Of a stretch of DNA of 64,000 bases, positions 1 through 7,864 are shown piece by piece. Location of the stretch: assembly GCA_002499085.1 (NCBI GenBank), contig DAKD01000036.1, forward strand, positions 24,213 through 88,212, read 5' to 3'. A program made the position numbers and the translations under genes. The DNA is from Methanomassiliicoccales archaeon UBA280 (lineage in GTDB: Archaea > Thermoplasmatota > Thermoplasmata > SG8-5). The notes below the pieces were generated by a model. The model saw only the letters and a program-made list of their open reading frames with translations, ran no database searches and had not been told where the DNA came from. The first letter of the stretch is position 1; each line of letters opens with the position of its first letter.

Positions 1-1442
1 GCAAGCTTGAGGGCTCGCAAACGCTCAACGGCACAGAGCTGGCCGATGCACTCAATCTCCGGCTGAAGAGAATTGACAGGGGAATCTCGGAGATACCCAT
101 AACAGTGAGCGCGAACGGCACGGGGCAGGTCACGCTCGGAGACCTGTCTGTCCTTTACGACATTCCCACTTACATCCTCTCCACGGCAATCACGGGCTCG
201 AGCCAGTCAGGCGTTTACTGCTACAATTCGGCCCCGGAGTTCATCAACTCGTCCTTCGGGGACAACACGGCTGATTTCACTTTGAACTCTGAATCCAGGC
301 CCAGGGCGCTGAACTCGACATTCTCGGACGAAAAACTTGAGTTCATGGATTCGAAATCCAACCTGAGCGCGCAGAACTACCTGCATGTCAGAGCAGAGAA
401 TCTCACGGGCCAGCCGCTCGATGCACGCGTGACATGCCTGGACAACGGGCAGCAGGCTTTCGACGGATGGACCGGGGGGGACGGGGAGATCATGTGGATC
501 GCGCTGACCTATGCCTCGTACAACATCACCGGGCGATGGGACAACATCACCGCCGCCGAAGCTACCATGGGAACCACCGTATTCGCTGACAGCCCGCGGA
601 CCGTTGACATGTCCGCATCGCACTGGGAGATATTCTCGACCGACTCTGTCGGCCCGAAATTCTGCTGTCCCTTCCCGCAGCCTGGATGGACCTATGCCGG
701 CCTGAGGCCGGAGATTTCCGTCATAATAACTGACAACCTGGGAATCGAGTATTCGTCAATCAGACTTTACGTCCAGGGCTTCATGGTGTTCTACAGTTCC
801 GCGAGCGTTCCGGGCGGGTACAACATATCGTACTTGCATCCGGCGGATTTCGCGGAGGGCCAGGTCGTCTCGTGCAGGATATACTGCAGGGACATTCACG
901 GTAACGTGCTTGATTTCTCGTGGAACTTCACTGTCGACACCGGCTCTGAGTATTTCTCAATCGAGCTGCAGCCGGGCTGGAACCTCATATCGGTGCCCTT
1001 GGAATCGTACGACATGTCGGTGGGAAACGTCCTCTGGTCAATATCGGGCAGCTACGACTCGGTGAAGACCTACTCCAGGACCGCGGACAGGCCCTGGCTG
1101 AGCTACAGGCCAAGCTCGGAACTCAACAGCCTCGCCTCGATCGAGAGGGCCCGGGGTTACTGGGTGCATGCCACGGAATCCTGCGTCCTGCGGATATCGG
1201 GCTTGCCGGCCGAAAGCACGGCCATCACACTGTACGCCGGCTGGAACCTGGTCGGGTACCCGACATTCGACGGCACTGTCACGTTGGGAGAGGCGCTCTG
1301 GGGCACGGGCGCTGACCGAGTGGAGGTTTTCGATCCAGCATCACCATACATCAAGGAAGCTGGACCAACCTATATCATGAAGCCCGGAGAAGGCTATTGG
1401 GTTCATGTTCCAGCGGATACTATTTGGACGATTGATTGGTAA
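1..1442 (+). CDS. 3' part of a large secreted/cell-surface protein (5' end lies upstream of the window)
   Basis: Frame 3 is open from nt 3 with no stop before the listed start at 105, so the ORF enters from upstream. Stop TAA is at 1440-1442. The protein is rich in Asn-X-Ser/Thr. It has an Ig-like module (VSCRIYCRDIHGNVLDFSWNFTV) followed by two ~80-aa C-terminal repeats, each framed by GWNL(I/V)..P ... GYWVH. Confidence 0.75.
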   Translation, partial: KLEGSQTLNGTELADALNLRLKRIDRGISEIPITVSANGTGQVTLGDLSVLYDIPTYILSTAITGSSQSGVYCYNSAPEFINSSFGDNTADFTLNSESRPRALNSTFSDEKLEFMDSKSNLSAQNYLHVRAENLTGQPLDARVTCLDNGQQAFDGWTGGDGEIMWIALTYASYNITGRWDNITAAEATMGTTVFADSPRTVDMSASHWEIFSTDSVGPKFCCPFPQPGWTYAGLRPEISVIITDNLGIEYSSIRLYVQGFMVFYSSASVPGGYNISYLHPADFAEGQVVSCRIYCRDIHGNVLDFSWNFTVDTGSEYFSIELQPGWNLISVPLESYDMSVGNVLWSISGSYDSVKTYSRTADRPWLSYRPSSELNSLASIERARGYWVHATESCVLRISGLPAESTAITLYAGWNLVGYPTFDGTVTLGEALWGTGADRVEVFDPASPYIKEAGPTYIMKPGEGYWVHVPADTIWTIDW

Positions 1443-1465
1443 CTTGCATTCCCACGAATGCAAGT
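1442..1465 (+). terminator. Stem-loop immediately after the stop codon (10-bp stem ACTTGCATTC/GAATGCAAGT, 4-nt loop)
   Basis: Perfect inverted repeat read directly from the sequence, overlapping the TAA stop of the upstream gene. Confidence 0.5.
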
Positions 1466-1839
1466 GGTGCGAAGAACGAGCATGCCCACCTGAAGTTTTC
1501 ACCGCAGACGGCACTGCCGTCGAGGCCCAGACGATGTCCGAAGAACTCGTCAGGGTTTACTGAATATTTCCTTTTGCGTAAGGTGTCTCAACGAGGCATA
1601 GCCTCGTCTGACTTGATGGCGCACTTCGTTTGCCAAAAAGAGCCAGCGCAGTTCGGAGCTTCAAAAAGAAAAACTCCTCGAAGCCGATTTTTAAAATTTT
1701 TCTGGAAGTTTGGAATGGCGAAAGTATCAAATAGTAATTACAACATGTATATACTTAGGGTGCTTACACGGAATACCTATGGAAAGGCCAGGAGCTGAAA
1801 CTATCCAACGCTGCATACCGGGAACTGTTCAAACACAGT

Positions 1840-2031
1840 ATGGACATGTTTGACGTTCTGGACATCCTGGAAACTGGCTATGATTGCGAACGTTCCAGGC
1901 GTAAGAAAGGAACATACGAGCGATGTAAGAAATCTCACAACAAAACCTGGAAGGTAGTGGTCGTGGAAAGCATCCAGAAATGGAACGATACACCTGTATG
2001 GCTGATAATCCATGTGGGGGTGATGAAATGA
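1840..2031 (+). CDS. DUF4258-like toxin candidate, possibly N-terminally truncated or frameshifted
   Basis: 63-aa ORF ending ...WKVVVVESIQKWNDTPVWLIIHVGVMK, a C-terminal pattern typical of DUF4258-type small toxins. Its stop overlaps the start of the next gene (ATGA). The in-frame upstream stretch (1759-1839, LKLSNAAYRELFKHS) looks like the missing N-terminus but has no start codon. Confidence 0.45.
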   Translation: MDMFDVLDILETGYDCERSRRKKGTYERCKKSHNKTWKVVVVESIQKWNDTPVWLIIHVGVMK

Positions 2032-2354
2032 AAAGAGAACTGAAAAAAGAAAAAATCAAGTGCCAATGCGGCAAATGGACCGAACCGAAAGAGTTCAACA
2101 TTGACGGCTTCAAGATGCGTGGATCGGAATGTTCTAGCTGCGGTGAAACCTACCTCAATCCGGAGGATGCGAACCAAGCCCTTATCTACAATAAAATAAA
2201 ACACGAGGTTCTTACTGGAAAAATCGCGAAATCTGGAAACTCGATTGTAGTTCGTCTGCCTAAGAGACTTGTTGAGGCGTTGAACCTGACAGCTGGCGAA
2301 ACCGTTACCATTTCCTTTGAAAACCCGAAAACCGTAAAGCTCATATGTAGCTGA
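2028..2354 (+). CDS. Antitoxin-like protein: YgiT/MqsA-type zinc ribbon fused to a SpoVT/AbrB swapped-hairpin domain
   Basis: ATG at 2028 overlaps the upstream stop (ATGA). It has CQCG...CSSCGETYLNPEDA (zinc-ribbon pattern with the CGE.Y signature) followed by GNSIVVRLPKRLVEALNLTAGETVTISFE (AbrB-type). Confidence 0.65.
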   Translation: MKRELKKEKIKCQCGKWTEPKEFNIDGFKMRGSECSSCGETYLNPEDANQALIYNKIKHEVLTGKIAKSGNSIVVRLPKRLVEALNLTAGETVTISFENPKTVKLICS

Positions 2355-2510
2355 ATATTTGAAAGCGCTCTGAACATGCGGGCGGGGGCAGAGCAACGAC
2401 GGTTGCGAGCAAGCCGAATTTTGAATTTGAACTAGGGGCGCGATCGAGGATTCGACATAAATCCGAAAGGCGAGTGTCTTGGATTCGTCCGGATAGGCAA
2501 GCGCCTGACC

Positions 2511-3002
2511 TCAGCCCTCCGCCAGTATCCTCTCCACCGCCTTCCTGAGCCCGCCGTCACCTTCCGCCAGAATGAACCTGAGGCCCATGCGCTTCGCAAC
2601 TTCCCTGTCGCTCTCGAAATCCCCGACGAACCATGAGTTCGGGAAGTCGATGCCATATTCTGCGCCGGCCTGCTGGAACAGGCCGGTTTCCGGTTTCCTG
2701 CACCCGCAGTTCTCGTCGGGCCTGTGCGGGCAGTGGTATATCCTCTCGATCCTGCCGCCGGCTGCCTCTATCTCGCAAAGCATGTTGTTGTGAATGACCC
2801 CGAGGCCTGCCTCGGACAGGAAGCCGCGGTTTATCGCGGACTGGTTGGTGATTATGAATACCAGGTAACCGGAGCCTGAGAGTTTGGCTATGGCCTCCTT
2901 CGCGCCTTCGAGGAACTCGAACTGGCCCCATGAGGTGACATAGCTGCCCCTGTTCAGCCTGTTGATGACGCCGTCCCTGTCCAGAAAAACAGCCCTATCC
3001 AC
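2511..3002 (-). CDS. gmhB: D-glycero-D-manno-heptose 1,7-bisphosphate phosphatase (HAD-IIIA)
   Basis: FLDRDGVIN HAD motif I, a Zn-loop CPHRPDENCGCRKP and GDFESD motif. Overlaps gmhA by 8 nt. Confidence 0.85.
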   Translation of the reverse strand: MDRAVFLDRDGVINRLNRGSYVTSWGQFEFLEGAKEAIAKLSGSGYLVFIITNQSAINRGFLSEAGLGVIHNNMLCEIEAAGGRIERIYHCPHRPDENCGCRKPETGLFQQAGAEYGIDFPNSWFVGDFESDREVAKRMGLRFILAEGDGGLRKAVERILAEG

Positions 3003-3588
3003 GCCTGGCCATCTCCTCTTCCTTCATCATGAGCGTGGTGAGATGGTCTATGAGCATGTGCACGTCCTCTGTCTTCTGCATGTTGTGCACCGGAACGATA
3101 AGGCACAGGTCCGCCATGTCCTTTATCTTGCCGCCGTCGAAGCCAGTTATCCCGACAGTCACGCCGCCGTTCTCCCTGGCATACCGGATGGCCCTGAGCA
3201 CGTTCTCGGAGTTGCCGCTGCCGGAGATTCCGACGACAACGTCTCCGGGCTCGAACAGGTTCTTGAGCTGCTCCACGAAAATATCCTCGTAGCAGGAGTC
3301 GTTGCCCCAGGCCAGCATCTGCGGTATGTTGTCGGCGAGCGACAGGGCCTTGAACCTCGGCCTGCCTTCGACTATCGTGCCCTTCGCAAGGTCGCTGGTG
3401 AAATGCGACGCTGTCGATGCGCTGCCGCCGTTGCCGCAGAAGAATATCTTCCTGTTCTTGGCCCTGGCATCGAAGAATATCTGAGCCAGTTTGTCGAAGA
3501 AGTCGGAATTGTTCTGCCGGATTTCCCCGAGTATGCGTATCATGTCGCCCAGGTACTCGTCTGTGAATTTTCTCCTGAATTCGGTCAT
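2995..3588 (-). CDS. gmhA: Phosphoheptose (sedoheptulose-7-P) isomerase, SIS domain
   Basis: CGNGGSASTASHF and GISGSGNSENV SIS signatures; length 197 aa. Confidence 0.85.
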   Translation of the reverse strand: MTEFRRKFTDEYLGDMIRILGEIRQNNSDFFDKLAQIFFDARAKNRKIFFCGNGGSASTASHFTSDLAKGTIVEGRPRFKALSLADNIPQMLAWGNDSCYEDIFVEQLKNLFEPGDVVVGISGSGNSENVLRAIRYARENGGVTVGITGFDGGKIKDMADLCLIVPVHNMQKTEDVHMLIDHLTTLMMKEEEMARRG

Positions 3589-3592
3589 CTCA

Positions 3593-4600
3593 TCACCCGT
3601 TAATTATCGATGCTCCCTTCTTGTCGAAATGGAAGTCCAGCGGGCTAAGGCCCTCGGCCCTCAGCGCCTTGGTCACCTTATTCTGGTTGGCCTTCTCGCA
3701 GAACAGCATCATGTACCCGCCGCCGCCCGCGCCGGTGAGCTTGCCTCCCATCGCGCCGTTCTTCTTGGCTATGCCCATGAGCTTGTCTATCCTGGGATTC
3801 GTTATGCCCTGGGCGAGGTTCTTCTTTGTCTGCCATGAGTGGTCCAGAAGCCTTCCGAACTCCATCAGGTCGCCCGATTCTATTGCCTTCTTCACATCGT
3901 AGGCGACCTGTTTGATGGCATGCAGCGACTCGACCACGTGGCCGGACTTGTCCTTCGTGGACCTGTCCTGCGACCTCAGTATCTTGGAGGACTCGCGTGT
4001 CCGGCCGGTGAAGAACAGCATCACGTCGTTCTCCAGCCTGAGTTTGACCTCCCTGGGTATCTTCAGCGACTCCACTTCGGTGGTGCCGTTCCTGTTGAAT
4101 TTGATGAAGTTGATGCCTCCGAAAGCGCTGGCGTACTCGTCCTGCTTGCCAATGGGCATCCCGAGGTCATGGAATTCTATCTTGTATGCGAGCTCGGCCA
4201 TCTCCTTCTTGCCCAGTTTCAGCCTCTCGAGCTGGTTGATGGTGTTGATCATGTTCACGGTCACAGCGCCCGAGGAGCCCAGGCCGGTGCCCGGCGGAAT
4301 TTCCGAAGCCATGAAGATGTTCAGCCCCCTCTGCACGTTGAAGTGCTTGAGCACGGCCACGGGAATGTCCAGGCCTTCTCCGTACTTGAGATGGTAGGCG
4401 TCCGAGACAGTCTGGTTGAGCTGCAGGTCCGAGGAGATTATCTGGATGCGGTCGTCCAGCCTCATCTCGAGTACCGTGTAAATATACTTGTTTATGGACG
4501 CGCTGACCACCACGCCTCCGTACTTCTCGTAGTAGGATGCGAGGTCTGTCCCGCCTCCGCCGAAGCTTATCCTCACAGGTGAGCGGCTAATCAGCGTCAT
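3593..4600 (-). CDS. hddA: GHMP-family D-alpha-D-heptose-7-phosphate kinase
   Basis: N-terminal SPVRISFGGGGTDL and GHMP motif PPGTGLGSSGA. Lies between gmhA and the nucleotidyltransferase and overlaps hddC by 14 nt. Confidence 0.8.
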   Translation of the reverse strand: MTLISRSPVRISFGGGGTDLASYYEKYGGVVVSASINKYIYTVLEMRLDDRIQIISSDLQLNQTVSDAYHLKYGEGLDIPVAVLKHFNVQRGLNIFMASEIPPGTGLGSSGAVTVNMINTINQLERLKLGKKEMAELAYKIEFHDLGMPIGKQDEYASAFGGINFIKFNRNGTTEVESLKIPREVKLRLENDVMLFFTGRTRESSKILRSQDRSTKDKSGHVVESLHAIKQVAYDVKKAIESGDLMEFGRLLDHSWQTKKNLAQGITNPRIDKLMGIAKKNGAMGGKLTGAGGGGYMMLFCEKANQNKVTKALRAEGLSPLDFHFDKKGASIING

Positions 4601-5297
4601 TCAGTTCCCTTTTCGCGCGCTCCAGGCCGTCGGGCGTGCCTATGTCGTAGAATCTCCTGGGCGTCAAAAATCCAAAGAGTCGGCCCCTATTTATTAATTG
4701 TGGCAGAATCGCCTCCTCCAGCGAGAACTTCCTGCCCGGCGCAAGGTCCAGGATGTTCCGGTCGAACAGGGATAGACCGGCCTCGAGGCAGTTCATGGAT
4801 GCGGGCGGGTTCTTTTTCACGTAATCCAGCACCCTGCCGTCCTTTGCCAATCTGACATTGTTGGGAGCGATCGAGTCGGTGTTCTCGTAAACCGTGATTG
4901 CGCCTTCGGCATTGTTCTTCTCGAAGCATTCTGAAAGATCGTCCAGATCCAGCGGGAGATAGCTGTCGCCGTAAGCCAGGAAGAAGGACCCGTCAAGCAG
5001 GTGCCTTGCATTCAGCAATGCCCCGCCCGTGCCCAATGGCTCGGGTTCGACGGAATGCACTATCCCGACGTCGAAACCTGTCCCGTCCCCGAAATGGGCC
5101 TCTATGTTGTCATGCAGATGGCCGGTGCAGAACACGAACCTCTCCACGCCCCAGTCCCGGAAATGTTCGACAATGTACTGCAGGAACGGTTTGCTGTGCA
5201 CCGGGACCATGGGCTTGGGTATGTCGAATGTGAGCGGGCGCAGCCTTGTGCCGAGGCCCCCGCAGATTATTGCCGCCTGGCGGGCCTTCATTCTCAT
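4587..5297 (-). CDS. hddC: D-alpha-D-heptose-1-phosphate guanylyltransferase (NTP-transferase fold)
   Basis: AIICGGLGTRLRPLT sugar-nucleotidyltransferase signature. Its start overlaps the stop of the upstream SDR gene (ATGA). Confidence 0.8.
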   Translation of the reverse strand: MRMKARQAAIICGGLGTRLRPLTFDIPKPMVPVHSKPFLQYIVEHFRDWGVERFVFCTGHLHDNIEAHFGDGTGFDVGIVHSVEPEPLGTGGALLNARHLLDGSFFLAYGDSYLPLDLDDLSECFEKNNAEGAITVYENTDSIAPNNVRLAKDGRVLDYVKKNPPASMNCLEAGLSLFDRNILDLAPGRKFSLEEAILPQLINRGRLFGFLTPRRFYDIGTPDGLERAKRELNDAD

Positions 5298-6244
5298 CTC
5301 CCGTAGACATAAGGGTTGGCGAGCAGCCAGCGCACTGTCCTGCGCACAGTCTCCTCGATGCTGACTTTCGGTTTCCAGCCCAGCGCCCGCATTCTCGAGG
5401 TGTCGAGGTGAACGAGCGGCGAATCCCCGATCCAGCCTCTCTCGCCCCCGGTGAACCTGTACCTGACATCCTTCAGGCCCATCTCATCGACGATTGTGTC
5501 GGCGACCTTTCTCACGTTCACGTATTCCTCATGCCCGAGGTTGAACAGGTTGACCCTGGCATCGGCCTTCCCGAAGCCGAGGAAGAAGCCGTCCACGCAG
5601 TCCCCGATGTAAAGGTATGACTTCCTGGCTGTGCCGTCGCCCAGAATCTCAAGTTCCCTCGGGTCTTGACTGAGCTTCTTCACGAAATCGTAAGTCACGC
5701 CGTGCGGGTGCCTCTCGCCCTGGACCGAAACGAACCTGTACGTCCAGGCCTGCATGCCGTAAGCCTCGCAGAAAGCCTCGATCAGGCCCTCGCAGGCAAG
5801 CTTCGAGGCGCCGTAGAAAGAGGTCTGGCGCGGATGGTAGGACTCGGGCGTGGGAAAAACGTCCGGCTCGCCGTAGGTCGCCGCGGTCGATGAAAAAACA
5901 ATCCTCTTCACATCGTTCCTGCGCATGGCCTCGAGCACGTTGTACGTGACAATGAGGTTCCGGTCTATGTCCCGGAAATTATCCTCCAGGCCGCGGCGCA
6001 CGTCGGCGTTCGCGGCCAGGTGGAAGACCGTGTCCGCGCCTTTCAGGGCTTTGACTGTCTTCTTCAGGTCCCCGAGGTCGAATTTCTCCAGACTGACTTT
6101 TCCCGAGTCCAGGTGCCCGGCTATGTTCTCGCGGAAGCCGGTGCTCATGTTGTCGATGACGGTAACATCATGGCCCTGGCCCACCAGCCTGTCCACGACA
6201 TGGCTGGCGATGAACCCGCAACCTCCTGTCACAATGGATTTCAT
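5294..6244 (-). CDS. NAD-dependent sugar-nucleotide epimerase/dehydratase (extended SDR)
   Basis: TGGCGFIASH Rossmann motif and YGASK catalytic Y-x3-K. I prefer the ATG at 6244 (MKSIVTGG) over the listed TTG at 6259. First gene of the heptose operon. Confidence 0.8.
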   Translation of the reverse strand: MKSIVTGGCGFIASHVVDRLVGQGHDVTVIDNMSTGFRENIAGHLDSGKVSLEKFDLGDLKKTVKALKGADTVFHLAANADVRRGLEDNFRDIDRNLIVTYNVLEAMRRNDVKRIVFSSTAATYGEPDVFPTPESYHPRQTSFYGASKLACEGLIEAFCEAYGMQAWTYRFVSVQGERHPHGVTYDFVKKLSQDPRELEILGDGTARKSYLYIGDCVDGFFLGFGKADARVNLFNLGHEEYVNVRKVADTIVDEMGLKDVRYRFTGGERGWIGDSPLVHLDTSRMRALGWKPKVSIEETVRRTVRWLLANPYVYGR

Positions 6245-6267
6245 TTTATCGGCAGGCAATAAACATA

Positions 6268-6282
6268 TAGGTTAATAAATGA
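6268..6282 (-). promoter_or_regulatory. TATA-like element upstream of the heptose operon
   Basis: The minus strand reads ATTTATTAAC about 28-36 nt upstream of the ATG at 6244. This is compatible with a leaderless or short-leader archaeal promoter. Confidence 0.3.
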
Positions 6283-6404
6283 TTTCCAGCCTGAACCGCC
6301 ACAGCAGCTTGAGTGTTGAATGCGACATAAAGTCCGAATGCCGAAGGCTTCGGATGCAGAAAAAAGCATTCGACGATGGTGCGGGAACATTTTTTAGCTA
6401 AATC

Positions 6405-6580
6405 CAGCGCCATAAAACATCAGCAATATGTGAGCATGGACTTGGGATAGAGATGATGCAGTTCCCAATCCCGAAGGGTTGGGATACCGATAAAATTCGC
6501 CATGAATCAGCAATATCTCAGTGGATAGATTCATGAAAATTCGGTAATCAGCATTTTCTTGGCGAAGAGATTACCGAGAT
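6405..6580. repeat. Three degenerate tandem units, each containing ATCAGCA(A/T)T(A/T)T; two form 8-bp-stem/19-nt-loop hairpins
   Basis: CATGAATC-N19-GATTCATG (6501-6535) and CGGTAATC-N19-GATTACCG (6542-6576). A related unit lies at 6410-6450. Another hairpin, CCCAATCCC-GAA-GGGTTGGG, lies at 6464-6483. Confidence 0.6.
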
Positions 6581-6582
6581 TC

Positions 6583-6647
6583 AGCCGCCTGTGACTATTG
6601 CTTTCATTGATTGAACATGTTCTCGCCGAATCCGCTTCGCGGACTCG
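6583..6647. repeat. Copy of the dispersed repeat family also found at 43061-43435
   Basis: GCCGCCT..TATTGCTTTCATTGATTGAACATGTTCTCGCCGAATCCGCTT shares the blocks GCCGCC, TATTGC, TTCATT, ATGTTCTC and GAATCCGCTT with units A/B/C next to the tRNA. Confidence 0.55.
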
Positions 6648-6931
6648 TCTATTTCCTCGGTGAGTTCCTCACCTGCGGTCTCGCCCGCATACCGCGACTT
6701 TTAAGTCTGCGGATAAGGGCGTTTTTATGCAATTCCGATGCGAGAAATTGTTCAATTAAAGTGCTCCCCACGATGTCAGTATGCTCCAAACATTTTCGAA
6801 TCTGCCTGAATGAGTAACTGGCGGTAGGTAATCACGAAATTCAGGGTGAAGACAATTAATGGATACCCCATGCTTTGGCTTGGGGAGCACTCATTCCCCG
6901 TATCCTATTGCGTTATTATTGGTTTTGCCGC

Positions 6932-7450
6932 TCATTTCGAGGCCAATTTCCTCAGCACCCTGATGCCGGCGATCGAAACCATGTCCACGCCTATGCCAGT
7001 AAGCGTCTCTCTCGCGCCCTCCTCCCGGTCGACAATCACGAGCGCCTTCTCCACGAGGCCGCCATGCTCGCGGACCGCGTTGATGGCCTTGACAAGGCTT
7101 CCTGCCGTGGTGACCGTGTCCTCCACGAACACCACTTTCTCGCCCGCTATCATAGAGCCCTCTATCAGGTTTCCAGTGCCGTGGCCTTTCCTCTGCTTCC
7201 GCACCATGAGGAACGGTATGCCTGTTTCCAGGGACAGGGCCGCGGCAATCGGCACCGCGCCGAGTTCGACGCCCGCGATCTTGTCGCATGCCCCGACATG
7301 AGGGGCCATGGCCTTTGCCACCTTTTTCAGGAGCTCGGGGTGCGTGGTAACAGACCTCAGGTCGATATAGTAGTCGCTCTTCCTGCCGGATGCGAGCGTG
7401 AAGTCGCCCAGTATGAAGGCGCCGGCTTTGACAATCTCCTCTTCTAACAT
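6932..7450 (-). CDS. pyrE: Orotate phosphoribosyltransferase
   Basis: FTLASGRKSDYYIDLR and PRPP-binding loop VVFVEDTVTTAGS; 172 aa. Confidence 0.9.
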   Translation of the reverse strand: MLEEEIVKAGAFILGDFTLASGRKSDYYIDLRSVTTHPELLKKVAKAMAPHVGACDKIAGVELGAVPIAAALSLETGIPFLMVRKQRKGHGTGNLIEGSMIAGEKVVFVEDTVTTAGSLVKAINAVREHGGLVEKALVIVDREEGARETLTGIGVDMVSIAGIRVLRKLASK

Positions 7451-7478
7451 GTAAACAACCAGTTCCTCAAAGTGATAA

Positions 7479-7503
7479 CGCTATAATAAACTACTTATAT
7501 AAT
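7479..7503 (-). promoter_or_regulatory. TATA-like elements upstream of pyrE
   Basis: The minus strand reads TTTATTATAG (7481-7490) and TTATATAAG (7494-7502), 31-52 nt upstream of the ATG at 7450. Confidence 0.35.
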
Positions 7504-7864
7504 CCAACGGAACTGTGTGTTTACAGAAGTAAGCCATGCATGTAAACTACCAGCCCTAAAAAGGGCTGGCGTTTGTTGCCGGGCTGGAAGTTTACCATAG
7601 GGCAGTTGCATGCCTGATTATCAAAGCCTGTGAGCTTTGATTTCACTTGAACATATATTCACGGCATGCAACGGTGGATTGACGGCTCCTCATGCCGATT
7701 CATCTCAGCCCTGAATGACGGAGGGTGGAGCAACGATACTTCGTTGCGACTGAGCCGAATCTTGATTCGGCATTATCTCGGCATATTTACACTAAAATAT
7801 CAAAGCCTGGAGCACTCATTGATTATGGTAAAATAAGTACGGTACATGGCGGTTTCCCTTCCAC

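Noticed and set aside
1436-1798. 120-aa ORF in the spacer after the first gene.
   Set aside because: It starts inside the terminator hairpin of the upstream gene. The sequence is low-complexity and basic, with no motif. It is probably non-coding.
6611-6850. Small ORFs in the 6.3-6.9 kb spacer: 68 aa on the plus strand, and a ~47-codon minus-strand frame reading ...IEQFLASELHKNALIRRLKSRGM...
   Set aside because: The minus-strand frame has no canonical start. There are no recognisable motifs, and the ORFs overlap the hairpin/repeat elements. A decayed gene remnant cannot be excluded but is unsupported.
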